Assembly (NCBI GenBank): GCA_964220215.1
Contig: CAXPTH010000007.1
Coordinates: 1 to 64,000, forward strand
DNA length: 64,000 bases
From: Alteromonas sp.
GTDB taxonomy: Bacteria > Margulisbacteria > Marinamargulisbacteria > UBA6595
Direction of reading: 5' to 3'
Notes under the pieces: generated by a model
What the model saw: only the letters and a program-made list of their open reading frames with translations
The model's database searches: none
Told to the model about the DNA's origin: nothing
Position numbers and translations under genes: made by a program
Shown: positions 49,756 to 59,947 of the stretch, piece by piece
Position numbering within the stretch: position 1 is the first letter of the stretch
How the letters are laid out: the number at the start of each line of letters is the position of its first letter

Positions 49756-50561
49756 CCCCTGCACCGCTGGCTACACCCCGGATTCTGGGGATTGTTAACG
49801 TCACTCCGGATTCGTTTTCAGATGGGGGTCACTATCTGTCTGTGGAGGCAGCCTTGCGGCATATTGAACGCTTAATCCGAGAGGGCGCGGACATGATTGA
49901 CCTGGGGGCTGAATCCACACGCCCGGGGGCTGAACCGGTATCCGAAGCGGATGAAGCGGCACGGTTATTGCCAATATTAACCGCCTACCGCCGGCATTTT
50001 GATACCCCCTTTTCAATTGATACCACCAAAAGCGCCATTGCGGATCTGGCGTTGCGCCATGGGGCTGCGTATGTGAACGATGTGAGTGCCTTTCGCAGGG
50101 ATCCAGCCATGCCCTCCGTCATTGGGCGCCATGGGGCCGGGGCGATCATCATGCACAGCATTGGCACGCCCAAAACCATGCAAACCAATCCCCAGTATAC
50201 GGACTTAATGGGGGACATTATCCAAGTCCTCACCCAAGCGAGTGACCAAGCCACGCAAGCGGGGGCCACGTCTATTCTCGTGGATCCGGGGTTGGGCTTT
50301 GGCAAAACGCTGGCCCACAACACCCACATTATGCGCCATTTAAGCGACCTAGCGGTGTTGGGGCACCCCATTTTAGTGGGGCCCTCACGCAAGGCCATGA
50401 TCCGACATTGGGTGGGAGATGCGGGGCTGGTGACGGGCACTGTGGGGGCGGTCATTGCCGCCTATACCCAAGGAGCGACGTGGTTTCGCGTCCACGATGT
50501 GCAGGCCGTTCAATCCGCTTTAGCGGTGGCTCATGGCTGCTTGAGCGACGTCCCCGCATGA
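49752..50561 (+). CDS. folP: Dihydropteroate synthase
   Basis: NVTPDSFSDGG, ESTRPG, SRK, RVHDV. Confidence 0.95.
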   Translation: MTPAPLATPRILGIVNVTPDSFSDGGHYLSVEAALRHIERLIREGADMIDLGAESTRPGAEPVSEADEAARLLPILTAYRRHFDTPFSIDTTKSAIADLALRHGAAYVNDVSAFRRDPAMPSVIGRHGAGAIIMHSIGTPKTMQTNPQYTDLMGDIIQVLTQASDQATQAGATSILVDPGLGFGKTLAHNTHIMRHLSDLAVLGHPILVGPSRKAMIRHWVGDAGLVTGTVGAVIAAYTQGATWFRVHDVQAVQSALAVAHGCLSDVPA

Positions 50562-51016
50562 TAACCGCCGGGATTGCTTTAGGCAGCAACGTGGGGAATG
50601 GTGAGGCCCATATCCAGACGGCCATTGCGGCACTGGATCAAGCCGTTGATATCACCGCCAAGGCCCCGCTGTTTGAGACAGAGCCGGTGGGCATGGCCGC
50701 ACACACGCCGGTCTTTATGAACACCGCCGTTGCCATTGAAACCGAAATCCCCCCGCTGGAACTGCTGCGCCATATCCAGGCCATTGAAGTGGCTATGGGG
50801 CAAGCCGTCTGTAAACACAACGCCAACCGCATCATTGACCTGGATATAATTTTCTATGGAGACTGGGTAATCCACGATCCGAGTTTAACAATCCCCCATC
50901 CGCGGTTCCGGACGCGCCGCTTTGTGTTGGCGCCCTTGGTCCACATTGCACCGGACTGGGTGGACCCGGTGTCTGGGCAATCGATTCAAGCGCTATTCGA
51001 GGCACTCGCCGCGTGA
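50558..51016 (+). CDS. folK: 2-amino-4-hydroxy-6-hydroxymethyldihydropteridine diphosphokinase
   Basis: IALGSNVG, RIIDLDII, IPHP…RRFVL.PL. Confidence 0.93.
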   Translation: MITAGIALGSNVGNGEAHIQTAIAALDQAVDITAKAPLFETEPVGMAAHTPVFMNTAVAIETEIPPLELLRHIQAIEVAMGQAVCKHNANRIIDLDIIFYGDWVIHDPSLTIPHPRFRTRRFVLAPLVHIAPDWVDPVSGQSIQALFEALAA

Positions 51017-51465
51017 CCCGTGTGATCACCCCGTCTGATTTGCCTCAATTGGCCATTGATTGGATCCCGGCTGTGCGCCGCCATCGGTTGGTGTTGTTTT
51101 CTGGGCCGATGGGTGCGGGAAAAACAACGATAATTGCGGCCCTAGCAAAGGCCTTGGGGTGCACGGATTGGGTGCGATCCCCATCATACACCTGGGTCAA
51201 TCAGTATGCCATCCACAGCGAGCATCATACCGGGCCGTTGTACCACTTGGATTTGTATCGGTTGGACACCGTATCGGCGGTGGAATCGGTTGTACACCAT
51301 GTGGATCTAGCGCGCTATATTGAGGATTTGGATGCCCTGTGTTTCATTGAATGGGGGGAGCAGTTGCCCGACGCCTTGCTGACACGCCCGCCCTTGCGCA
51401 TCCACCTTGACTATGGACAGGCCCTGGATGAACGGGTAGTATGGACACACGATGGTATTGGTTGA
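51013..51465 (+). CDS. tsaE: tRNA threonylcarbamoyladenosine biosynthesis ATPase
   Basis: GPMGAGKT, SPSY, HLDLYRL, IEW. Confidence 0.92.
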   Translation: MTRVITPSDLPQLAIDWIPAVRRHRLVLFSGPMGAGKTTIIAALAKALGCTDWVRSPSYTWVNQYAIHSEHHTGPLYHLDLYRLDTVSAVESVVHHVDLARYIEDLDALCFIEWGEQLPDALLTRPPLRIHLDYGQALDERVVWTHDGIG

Positions 51466-52006
51466 CACCCCACTGTGTAATTTTGATTGGCAAGCGCCGG
51501 ATTTTACCTTAGCGGATCCGACGGGTCGTCGGGTAGCCTTGGCGGATCAGTGGACCGCTTCAGCGGTCTTGGTGGCCTTTATTTGCAACCATTGTCCGTA
51601 TGTTCAACGCATTGCGGACCGATTGGCCGCAGATACCGCTATCTTGCGCTCAGAAGGCATTGCGGTGTTGGGGGTGATGAGCAATGATTATGTGGCGTAT
51701 CCGGATGATGCGCCGGACGCCATGCTCCAGTTTGCCCAGCAGCATGGGTTCGAGTTTCCCTATTTGGTAGACGCTGACCAAGCGGTGGGGCGCGCGTATG
51801 GAGCGGTATGCACCCCGGATTTCTTTGGGTTTAATGCCAATGGCGGGCTGCAGTATCGGGGCCGATTGGATGATGCGCGGGCCGCAGAAAACCCGGCGCA
51901 GCGAGTCCCGGAATTGTTGAATGCAATGCGCCAGATTGCGGCAACGGGCCGTGGCCCCGAGACGCAACACCCCAGCATGGGGTGCTCGATTAAGTGGCGG
52001 GAATAA
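51452..52006 (+). CDS. Thioredoxin / AhpC-TSA family protein
   Basis: FICNHCPYV, CTPDFF, YRGRLD, GCSIKW. Confidence 0.9.
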   Translation: MVLVDTPLCNFDWQAPDFTLADPTGRRVALADQWTASAVLVAFICNHCPYVQRIADRLAADTAILRSEGIAVLGVMSNDYVAYPDDAPDAMLQFAQQHGFEFPYLVDADQAVGRAYGAVCTPDFFGFNANGGLQYRGRLDDARAAENPAQRVPELLNAMRQIAATGRGPETQHPSMGCSIKWRE

Positions 52007-52017
52007 GTGTATTGCTT

Positions 52018-52686
52018 TTAATTTTCGGGAACAATCTGCAAGACTTGACCGGGGTAAATGGTCATATCACCGTCGATAGTCCCACGGTTGTTTTCATATA
52101 AGAAATTCCATTTTTTAGGATCGTTATAAACGGTTGGTTGAGCAGCAATTGAATTCAAGGTATCTCCGGGCTGAACCACATAGGTTTTTGGTGCTACGGG
52201 CTCGGCTGCTTTAAGCGCTTGGTTTTGACTGGCGATTTCGAATTCTAGGGCGGCTATTTTTATTTCTAATCGTCTATTTTTACCTTCTGAAGCCGTGTAT
52301 TGGGCACGTTGCTGATCCAACTGTTTTTGAAGACGGTTGGCTTGAGCCGCTAATGCATCTCGATCAGCCGTTTTCAAACCGGCTTGTTTCTGGGCCTGCA
52401 CGGTGTCTTCTTTAGCAATCGGATAGTACGCATAGAATCGGTCTAGCTCTTTTTTTGCTTTTTTGTAATCTTGCTTGTCTAAGTAAGCAACCCCTGTGTT
52501 GTAATTTTCTTGGAGTACCTGATAGTGATTGGGCACCCAGGTTCCCATGCTCATGGCAGCGGCTTCTGCCATTATTGCATCGGCGTTGGCTTTTTCTTTT
52601 TTAATTTGCACCTGCAATTCTTGATCGCTACAACCCGTTAGAATCGCCATTGCAACAACCAGTATTCCGATAACCTTTACTTTCAT
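52018..52686 (-). CDS. LysM-domain lipoprotein
   Basis: Lipobox ILTGC; YVVQPGDTL…IYPGQVL. Confidence 0.88.
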   Translation of the reverse strand: MKVKVIGILVVAMAILTGCSDQELQVQIKKEKANADAIMAEAAAMSMGTWVPNHYQVLQENYNTGVAYLDKQDYKKAKKELDRFYAYYPIAKEDTVQAQKQAGLKTADRDALAAQANRLQKQLDQQRAQYTASEGKNRRLEIKIAALEFEIASQNQALKAAEPVAPKTYVVQPGDTLNSIAAQPTVYNDPKKWNFLYENNRGTIDGDMTIYPGQVLQIVPEN

Positions 52687-52745
52687 TATATGTGTCCTTG
52701 CATTAACGCTTATAAACCAAATAAGTTAAAACTGAAAAAAATGCT

Positions 52746-52821
52746 TGGCTCCCCCGGTCGGATTCGAACCAACGACCCAGCGGTTAACAGCCGCTTGCTC
52801 TGCCAACTGAGCTACAGGGGA
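52746..52821 (-). tRNA. tRNA-Asn(GTT)
   Basis: TCCCCTGTAGCTCAG…GCGG-CTGTTAA-CCGC…CCA. Confidence 0.95.
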
Positions 52822-52839
52822 ACAATCTCAGGCTTATTT

Positions 52840-52892
52840 AGTGTATCGATTGTATGAGTTTCTTGTCAAGCATCCCGAGTGTTGGGTATGAT
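52840..52892. promoter_or_regulatory. Back-to-back sigma70-type promoters for tRNA-Asn and tRNA-Ser with overlapping -35 boxes
   Basis: Minus TTGACA-18-TACACT; plus TTGTCA-18-TATGAT. Confidence 0.55.
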
Positions 52893-52903
52893 AAGTAGAT
52901 TGC

Positions 52904-52993
52904 GGAAAGGTGTCCGAGTGGTTGAAGGAGCACGCCTGGAACGCGTGTATACAGGAAACTGTATCGTGGGTTCGAATCCCACCCTTTCCGCCA
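52904..52993 (+). tRNA. tRNA-Ser(GGA)
   Basis: CACGC-CTGGAAC-GCGTG arm, long variable arm, CCA. Confidence 0.95.
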
Positions 52994-53203
52994 GATATGC
53001 GTTTATTACGCACAGCCCTCTCACAAAATAACACAGTTTCTGGTATGTTATTATTTCAGAACTATCGGCGGATCAAAAAATTTGAAGGATATCTTTGAAT
53101 GAAACTTTATCCTAAATTTGTTTCTAGATGGTTACTATATTATTCAACTCGTCAGTGTCTCCAAAAATCTAAACTTAGCCAAGCAATTGGTGATGATTAC
53201 AAA

Positions 53204-53263
53204 CTTAAAAACAAAAAAAAACGGTTTTATTGGCTAAGGGACGCTGGCTTTATGGGTGATGAT
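53204..53263 (+). repeat. About 60-bp direct repeat, copy 1
   Basis: CTTAAAAAC(A)nCGGTTTTATT..CTAAGGGACGCTGGCTTTATGGGTGATGAT. Confidence 0.9.
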
Positions 53264-53284
53264 AACGTGCCAATACATTTGTTA

Positions 53285-54727
53285 TTAATCCTCCGCTCTC
53301 AAAAAGTCAACGATATCGATAATTCTATAAAAATAATCACGGGTAGCAAGATTGCTCGATACGCCGCCAATGTGAAATAAAACTGGAATGACAGCAAACC
53401 CTCTTGGCACTTTTAATGCTGTTACTTTATCTTGAATCTCAGATATAATCTCTACGCCTAATTCTCGGCGTTTAAATTTGAACTCACAGACAAATAAGTT
53501 TTTTGTCGTCGTTTGAATTAAGAAATCAATTTGGCAACCGGATTTGGTCGTCGACTTAGACTGCCTAAATGGACCACTCGCAATAATATCCGCCGGATTG
53601 ATGCCTATGCTTTCCAGTAGTGCCTGTCTATTTTGCAAAAGCAACTGTTCTAGCTGCAAGCCACTGTGCGCTTCAAACCCAGGCAAGCTTGATATAGCCG
53701 TATTCTGAAATCCATTTAAATCGATTTTATTTCGCTGAGGCTCTATAAGCTTTAAATAGAAGCGCATATAAGGATCCGAGATGCGATACAGGCTCTGTTT
53801 GAGTGGTTTATTGGTTTTAAACGACCAAAGGGTTTGTTTGGATACAAAGCCAGCAATAATTAGATGTTCCATAACACTGCTTAAAGTACCGCTATGCGGG
53901 AATCCTGTAATTTTGCGCACATCAGCGAGTGTTTTCATGCCATCTTTTAGGCTATCAAGAATTTTTTTATAAGAAGCACCTTTGCCATTAAATAAATCGT
54001 GGAAAATGCGGTCAAATTCTAAAACCAACACGCTATCTTTTTCAAAGCACAACTGTTTTATTAAATCATCTGCTGTTTGGCCAGGGACAACTTGTTCTAA
54101 ATACCAGGGAATACCGCCTAAAATACTGAGTAATTTGTATGTATCATAATCAGAGCCTTGAAATCCTGATATACGGAGTAGTTTATTTGCCTCTGCAATC
54201 GGCAGTGGCTCTAAAGTAATCGTTCGATTAATCCGTCCAAAAAATGCCGTGCTTTTTAGGATATTTTCTTCTATCCATGTCGATACCGACCCACAGAAAA
54301 CAACCATGATCGGGAGTTGCTGTTTATCCCACCAAGCTTTGAGCTTGGGAATAAAACTGGGGTCTTTAGCGCCCATCCATGAGATTTCATCAAATAAGAT
54401 GATGTCGCCAGATTTAATATGGTTGCTTAAATGTTCAAAGGCATCCGTCCAATCTTGGAATGTAAACGGTGGTAGCTTGAGGTGGGTTGCAAGCTGGCGT
54501 GCAAAATGATCGCGCTGGCTTTGGTCATTCATGCCTTCTTGTGGTGCAAGCCCCGCAAAATCCCAAAGTTTATTTTCTGAACAGGAAGCGGCAAAGAAAT
54601 TGATTAACCGACTTTTGCCGACTCTTCGCCTGCCTTTAACAACAACTAAGTTAGGTGTTTTTTTCTTATGAAGCGCCTTTAAGCGATCCAACTCATTTTT
54701 TCGACCAATAAATGTTTGTGTTTCCAT
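53285..54727 (-). CDS. AAA (archaeal-type) ATPase with C-terminal PD-(D/E)xK-like domain
   Basis: FIGR..EL, GRRRVGKS, FDEISW, LGGIPWYL, QIDFLI…VCEFKF. Confidence 0.85.
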   Translation of the reverse strand: METQTFIGRKNELDRLKALHKKKTPNLVVVKGRRRVGKSRLINFFAASCSENKLWDFAGLAPQEGMNDQSQRDHFARQLATHLKLPPFTFQDWTDAFEHLSNHIKSGDIILFDEISWMGAKDPSFIPKLKAWWDKQQLPIMVVFCGSVSTWIEENILKSTAFFGRINRTITLEPLPIAEANKLLRISGFQGSDYDTYKLLSILGGIPWYLEQVVPGQTADDLIKQLCFEKDSVLVLEFDRIFHDLFNGKGASYKKILDSLKDGMKTLADVRKITGFPHSGTLSSVMEHLIIAGFVSKQTLWSFKTNKPLKQSLYRISDPYMRFYLKLIEPQRNKIDLNGFQNTAISSLPGFEAHSGLQLEQLLLQNRQALLESIGINPADIIASGPFRQSKSTTKSGCQIDFLIQTTTKNLFVCEFKFKRRELGVEIISEIQDKVTALKVPRGFAVIPVLFHIGGVSSNLATRDYFYRIIDIVDFLRAED

Positions 54728-54884
54728 CGTAACCTCTTATGCTTTTTTTACTAGTTATACTATAATGAGACTGGTTTTAAGTCAAGAAAAATTGCTCAAA
54801 ACGCATTTTAAATTAAAATGAGACGGCGTGACTGCGCTCGCCATTTTTCACGACGGCCCCACTATTCTCGCAAGCCATATCTAT

Positions 54885-54943
54885 CTTAAAAACAAAAAAA
54901 ACGGTTTTATTAACTAAGGGACGCTGGCTTTATGGGTGATGAT
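54885..54943 (+). repeat. About 60-bp direct repeat, copy 2, overlapping the Fic gene stop
   Basis: Two substitutions and one fewer A than copy 1. Confidence 0.9.
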
Positions 54944-56018
54944 CGGGTTTGCTATACCAAGTTCCACGCGCTTTGCCATGACGGATCAGCAACCCTTGTT
55001 TTACTAATTGAGACAGTCTGTTTTTAATCGTAGGTCTGGATACGCTATCAATTATAGTTTCAGCATCCTTGATGGTAATACGCTGATATTCGTCTACATA
55101 CTGCATAATAAGGACGCTTTCATAAGGCAATGATGCATACGCATTGGAAGTGCTCGTTTTTGCAAGTAGGTGGTCTTTCTGCCGTTTCAATGCGTTCAGA
55201 AAAAAACGTAGCCACGGCAACCAGTCTGCTTGTTTATTTTTAAGCGTTCTTTGGGTTCTTTGCAGCGATAGGTAATAGGCATCTTTATTTTTCTCAATAA
55301 TACTTTCTAGAGAGCTATAGGGTATGTAACTATAGCCAGATTTAAGTAATAGTAAGCTAATAAGTACACGAGATAAACGACCGTTTCCATCTTGAAATGG
55401 ATGAATAGCTAAGAAAACAACATTAAAAATAGCAATGACGATTAACGGATGGTAGCTTTTATCTTCTAACGTTTCTCTTGTCCATGTGAGCAGGTCTTGA
55501 ATTTCTCTTAGCGTGTCAACTGGTGTGCTGGTTTCAAATACCACACCAAGACTCTTGCCTTCAGGGTCAAAGGCTTCAACATTGTTTGCATATTTTTTGT
55601 ATTTCCCTCTGTGCCAACTATCTTTTTCTGAGTGCCTCAATAGCATGGCATGGAATTGTTTCATGTAGTTATCCGTAAGCGATATATCTTTGTGGTTTTC
55701 AAATATCACTTCCATAGCTTCTGCATATCCAGCTACTTCCTGTTCATCACGAGTTAGAAACGAGGCATTCCCTACGTTGCCAAGCAATGCTTCAACTTGG
55801 GCATTATCGAGTTGGGCACCTTCAATACGAGTCGATGAACCAATGCTTTCAATAGTAGCGACATGCTTGAGTGCGTTTAATCGTTCTGGATTTTGATTGC
55901 TACTTGCTTGCCAATTACCCTTGAACTCATCAATTTCAGTAATGAGACGGAGAAGTTCGGGCGTTATAACGAGTGATATAAGGTTCATAGTATTTAATTT
56001 GTTGACTACCTTATCCAA
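54930..56018 (-). CDS. Fic family protein with C-terminal wHTH
   Basis: HPFQDGNGRLSR; start may be 55988. Confidence 0.92.
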   Translation of the reverse strand: MDKVVNKLNTMNLISLVITPELLRLITEIDEFKGNWQASSNQNPERLNALKHVATIESIGSSTRIEGAQLDNAQVEALLGNVGNASFLTRDEQEVAGYAEAMEVIFENHKDISLTDNYMKQFHAMLLRHSEKDSWHRGKYKKYANNVEAFDPEGKSLGVVFETSTPVDTLREIQDLLTWTRETLEDKSYHPLIVIAIFNVVFLAIHPFQDGNGRLSRVLISLLLLKSGYSYIPYSSLESIIEKNKDAYYLSLQRTQRTLKNKQADWLPWLRFFLNALKRQKDHLLAKTSTSNAYASLPYESVLIMQYVDEYQRITIKDAETIIDSVSRPTIKNRLSQLVKQGLLIRHGKARGTWYSKPDHHP

Positions 56019-56068
56019 TTATATCCAATAATAGCCAATATGCAAATGATTTATCCCTTTGACGACGC

Positions 56069-57400
56069 TCAGGGGGCGAAACCAAAAACGCGGCTTGTCA
56101 TTGCAGGTATTTCAGGAAACTTGACCTGTTTACCACGCCCATCGAAAATTGCTTGTCTACAGGCCTGTTTAAACAATTCATCTTCATTTTCATCTAAATA
56201 TTTAACAACCGCAAACAAATCAACCGTTTTTACTAATGCAATCTTGTTTATAGTGGCTACCTTTTTACATTGTTGTGTAAAGTCCACCGTTCTTTTTTTA
56301 GGGTCGTTTAGTCGTTCTGGATTACCAAATAAAATACCAAAAGGCATTTCGTCCACAATTTTATTTTCATAGGCTTGTATTAAATTGTCCGACAATTGTC
56401 TGATTTTGCTTATCTCTATTGCTTTTTTATCCTTGCCTTCACATTCACCGATAAACCTATAGTTTTCTGGACAGCTACCAAGTACATCGAATTCACATTC
56501 ACCATCACGATGGTTTTTTGCATCATATCCTAAACGATTCAGGGCGTTAATCACAGCGTTTTCTAATGGTGTTCCTTGTTCAAAAAGCAAATCCTTTAAA
56601 CCATTTGCTTTAGCTAATTTCTTATTTAATTCATTATTTTTTAAGTTTAGCTCTTCTATTTTATGATTGTTTTTTTGTATCTCTTCTTCAATTTCAATCG
56701 CCTTTGTTAAGGAAAATTCTTCTTGATCGCTCCATTCTGGGGTCGGTGTTTTTTCCGTTTTTTCAGATAACTGCTTATCAATAGATAAAAGACAACCCTT
56801 AAGCCTATCTCCAAACTTTTGTGCGTCATCTGTCCAGCCGGAGAACTGTTTATAGTAGTTATGGTTTAGGTAAGGCAGTGTAACTATATTTCCTTTTTCT
56901 ACTTTATAGACTGCACCCAGTATCTTAGATTGATCTGTGCCCGTAAAGATCACCTCGGAAGGATTGGAACCGTCTGTCTTTTCTACATATAACTGATAGT
57001 TCAAATGGCTTTTTTTGAATGCCTTATAAAATTCAGTAAAAATAGAGTTTCCAGAAAAATTTATACGCTCTCCTTTGGCCGATGTTAAAGCACCCATATT
57101 AATTGGTAAAAAACTATAATTATCGAATTCCCCATAAGAGACTTTTTCTGACAAAAAAACAAAGATGTTTTTTCCATATTTTAAGAAGTCTTCAATTTCT
57201 TTTTCAAACAGTGATACTGCCTCATAATCAGAATCGGATCGTAGTGAATATAATTGTTTTGGTGCGATTAAAAGAAAATCAGCATCCATTAACGACTTTC
57301 CATCTCTGATGCAAATTAAATCCTTTGAATGACCTGGGACTTCATACCCGATTGTGAACATTCGTTTTTTATTTTCTTGGTTTACGTCTTTGTTATTCAT
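56069..57400 (-). CDS. Hypothetical protein with coiled coil and possible C-terminal restriction-endonuclease-like fold
   Basis: LENAV..AL..LGY…EFDV…IGECEGK; AT-rich. Confidence 0.55.
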   Translation of the reverse strand: MNNKDVNQENKKRMFTIGYEVPGHSKDLICIRDGKSLMDADFLLIAPKQLYSLRSDSDYEAVSLFEKEIEDFLKYGKNIFVFLSEKVSYGEFDNYSFLPINMGALTSAKGERINFSGNSIFTEFYKAFKKSHLNYQLYVEKTDGSNPSEVIFTGTDQSKILGAVYKVEKGNIVTLPYLNHNYYKQFSGWTDDAQKFGDRLKGCLLSIDKQLSEKTEKTPTPEWSDQEEFSLTKAIEIEEEIQKNNHKIEELNLKNNELNKKLAKANGLKDLLFEQGTPLENAVINALNRLGYDAKNHRDGECEFDVLGSCPENYRFIGECEGKDKKAIEISKIRQLSDNLIQAYENKIVDEMPFGILFGNPERLNDPKKRTVDFTQQCKKVATINKIALVKTVDLFAVVKYLDENEDELFKQACRQAIFDGRGKQVKFPEIPAMTSRVFGFAP

Positions 57401-57513
57401 TTGAAATTTATTGGTATTATAGATTAGCACACTGCTCAGCGTTTTTTCTATGTTTGCAAAAATATAACCCAGAGCTGTTACATTTTCTTAAACGGATACC
57501 GCCGCTATCGGGT

Positions 57514-58650
57514 TTATCGGTTTTTTTGGATAAGCGCAAACAGGCTGGTATCTGGGTCCTGCGGGTCAAACGCGGCCAGGTCTTGGGTCGTGATTGTCAA
57601 CTCAGGAAATACGTTTTGTACCATGCTCACCGAAACCGTCTCCCCCAACCGAATCTTGTCTAAGAACACATGCCGGCGAAATCGAAACGGCAACCACTGA
57701 CTTTTTAACCGATTTAGCACATTTGGCAACACAGCCGAGCCATACCGAGCCACCGCCAAATACTGCGTCACCGCCGTCAATCGCTCCGCCGATACACTGG
57801 CATCCAACCACGCATGCACACCCGGTTGCCGACGGGCTGAGTTGGCCCCCACATCCGACACCAGCACAATGTCCCATGGCGCATGCCCCACCACAATCTG
57901 CCGGTGAATCTGCGCAATCGCCCCCAGCAACGCATCCGTCACAGCCGGCACCCGAAGAATTAAAGCAGATGGCTCCGATACCGATGCCGTATACGCCGCC
58001 ACGTCCGCCGCACTGGGATTGACCAACGTGTGGGGCTTCATCAACCGAGCCGGTGGCAAAAAAATGCCCGTATCATCCTCAAACAGCGCCACAAGACTGC
58101 GCACCACCGCCATCGGTGCAGGCGCCCCGGTTGCACCACTCAACGACGGGGGAGGGCCGTCACTCCGCCACGGCTTGGAAACCGGATAATACGGCATGGA
58201 CTGAAACCACTGCCGATACTGCATCAACAAACTTGCACTGCGTTCCAATGCCGAAGCCGTTACCGTGGCCGGCAACGCATGAAACAACCGGTGCTGATTC
58301 AACGCATACGTGTCTATGGCGGCACGAATCGACTCGCCCATGGTCGCCGTATCCGACACAGCCAGCGTCCGCACCGACGCATGCAAGTGGCCATCCACAA
58401 CCACAAGCGGGGGCATATAGGGCCACACCAAGCTGGGCAGCTGGTTCAACACCGTTTGCATGATGGGCTCCGCCCGACTGGCATCCACAATCACCGCCCG
58501 GGTTCGGCACCCAAATTGCCGAAAATGCTCGATCACATGGGCCGCCTGGCTCATGCTAATCACCCGATACGACCCACCCAACAACGCCTCAAGCGCCGAC
58601 TGCACCGGCCGTCGTAGGGATATTAAAACAATCGAGTATGTGGCATCCAT
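57514..58650 (-). CDS. Hypothetical protein, possibly with a degenerate receiver-like N-terminus
   Basis: 378-aa ORF with host-like composition. Confidence 0.55.
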   Translation of the reverse strand: MDATYSIVLISLRRPVQSALEALLGGSYRVISMSQAAHVIEHFRQFGCRTRAVIVDASRAEPIMQTVLNQLPSLVWPYMPPLVVVDGHLHASVRTLAVSDTATMGESIRAAIDTYALNQHRLFHALPATVTASALERSASLLMQYRQWFQSMPYYPVSKPWRSDGPPPSLSGATGAPAPMAVVRSLVALFEDDTGIFLPPARLMKPHTLVNPSAADVAAYTASVSEPSALILRVPAVTDALLGAIAQIHRQIVVGHAPWDIVLVSDVGANSARRQPGVHAWLDASVSAERLTAVTQYLAVARYGSAVLPNVLNRLKSQWLPFRFRRHVFLDKIRLGETVSVSMVQNVFPELTITTQDLAAFDPQDPDTSLFALIQKNR

Positions 58651-58758
58651 CGGAACTACTCATAGTATACCCGATGGAGAATTTCATCACCAACCGAAGA
58701 GAACCCCCATGGGTTTGCTTGCAAAAATATCGTCTTACCGAGATAATTATACTAGACT

Positions 58759-58835
<77 letters not shown>

Positions 58836-58861
58836 TACTTTTTTAGTAATATGTTTAGCCA

Positions 58862-59947
58862 TCACGCAACCTCCTTATATTCCACACGAACATCACCAGA
58901 GATGAGTTTCGGCAAGAGTGTATCGCGTAGTTTTTCTAATGTTTGAATTTGTTTTGTGTTTGCATCTAATTTACAAAATATTTCCTCAAACATATGCAAA
59001 ACTTCTTTTTGTTTTTCTATAGGTGGTATTAAAAACTCAGAATCTTTTATAGATTGTGTTGTTAAATTAACTTGGACACCACTATTCGCCTGACTTTGAA
59101 GTTCTTTTATATCATCAAGCTGTTTTTCCTCCCAATCATCTTGTGCATTTTCGATGAAGTGGTGGCGGAAGAGGGTTTCGGCGAGGCTTTCCAGTGTTTT
59201 ATTCTGACGGTGGAGCAGGTCTATCTTATCATCCAAACTACTCAAAACCTCCCCAATAGCCTTTTGTTCTGGGAGCGGTGGAAGGGATATTTCTATTTCA
59301 TTTATTATAGGAACGGTCAAGCTTGGAACTGCAGATCCAACATTCAGAGTTGTATAATTTATAGGAACTAACTGATAAAATAAAAATTTAGGATTTGCTT
59401 TCTCTTTATTAATCGTTGTCCAGAACATTGTATCGACAGTCCAGAATGGCTTGTCTTGGTACATGACGTTATTAAGCGATCCTTTTCTTGGTATTAGTAT
59501 AGATTCATCATCATATAAAAAACTATCAACAAATCTCATAAAGCCACCACTTCCAAAGCAAGGATACTGACCATTTTTTAAGTTTTTATGCTCTTTTCCA
59601 TATTTAACTTCTGCCACATCCCCCAATGTACATGTCCGCCACCCCTTCCGATAAAGAATTTTTCCTTTTGTTTTTATATGTTTTTTTAATTCATCATTAT
59701 CAATGCTATTATATGAAATAATATCAAAGAAAAAGGGGAGATAGGTTTCATCTTCAAAATGCCCTTTTATCTTTGCGGCAAGCATAAAATCCGCTTGCTC
59801 TCCCTTGATAACAATATCAATATCCGATGCTTCTTTATAGGTATCAATTGCTCGAGAACCAAAAAGCACGGCCTCTTCAACCTCTTCATAAGAAGCGAGA
59901 ACATCCTTTATTTCTTGCAATTGTTTTTCTGATAACCCGTATTTCAT
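58862..59947 (-). CDS. hsdS: Fusion of MNT nucleotidyltransferase and type I R-M specificity subunit (second TRD largely missing)
   Basis: GSRAIDTYKEASDID (GSx10DxD), then a TRD, LPPLPEQKAI…LDDKID and LRDTLLPKLISG. Confidence 0.85.
   Translation of the reverse strand: MKYGLSEKQLQEIKDVLASYEEVEEAVLFGSRAIDTYKEASDIDIVIKGEQADFMLAAKIKGHFEDETYLPFFFDIISYNSIDNDELKKHIKTKGKILYRKGWRTCTLGDVAEVKYGKEHKNLKNGQYPCFGSGGFMRFVDSFLYDDESILIPRKGSLNNVMYQDKPFWTVDTMFWTTINKEKANPKFLFYQLVPINYTTLNVGSAVPSLTVPIINEIEISLPPLPEQKAIGEVLSSLDDKIDLLHRQNKTLESLAETLFRHHFIENAQDDWEEKQLDDIKELQSQANSGVQVNLTTQSIKDSEFLIPPIEKQKEVLHMFEEIFCKLDANTKQIQTLEKLRDTLLPKLISGDVRVEYKEVA

Noticed and set aside
56054..56078. REP-like CCCTTTGACGACGCTCAGGGG hairpin
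   Set aside because: Single degenerate copy in the window; too weak to call
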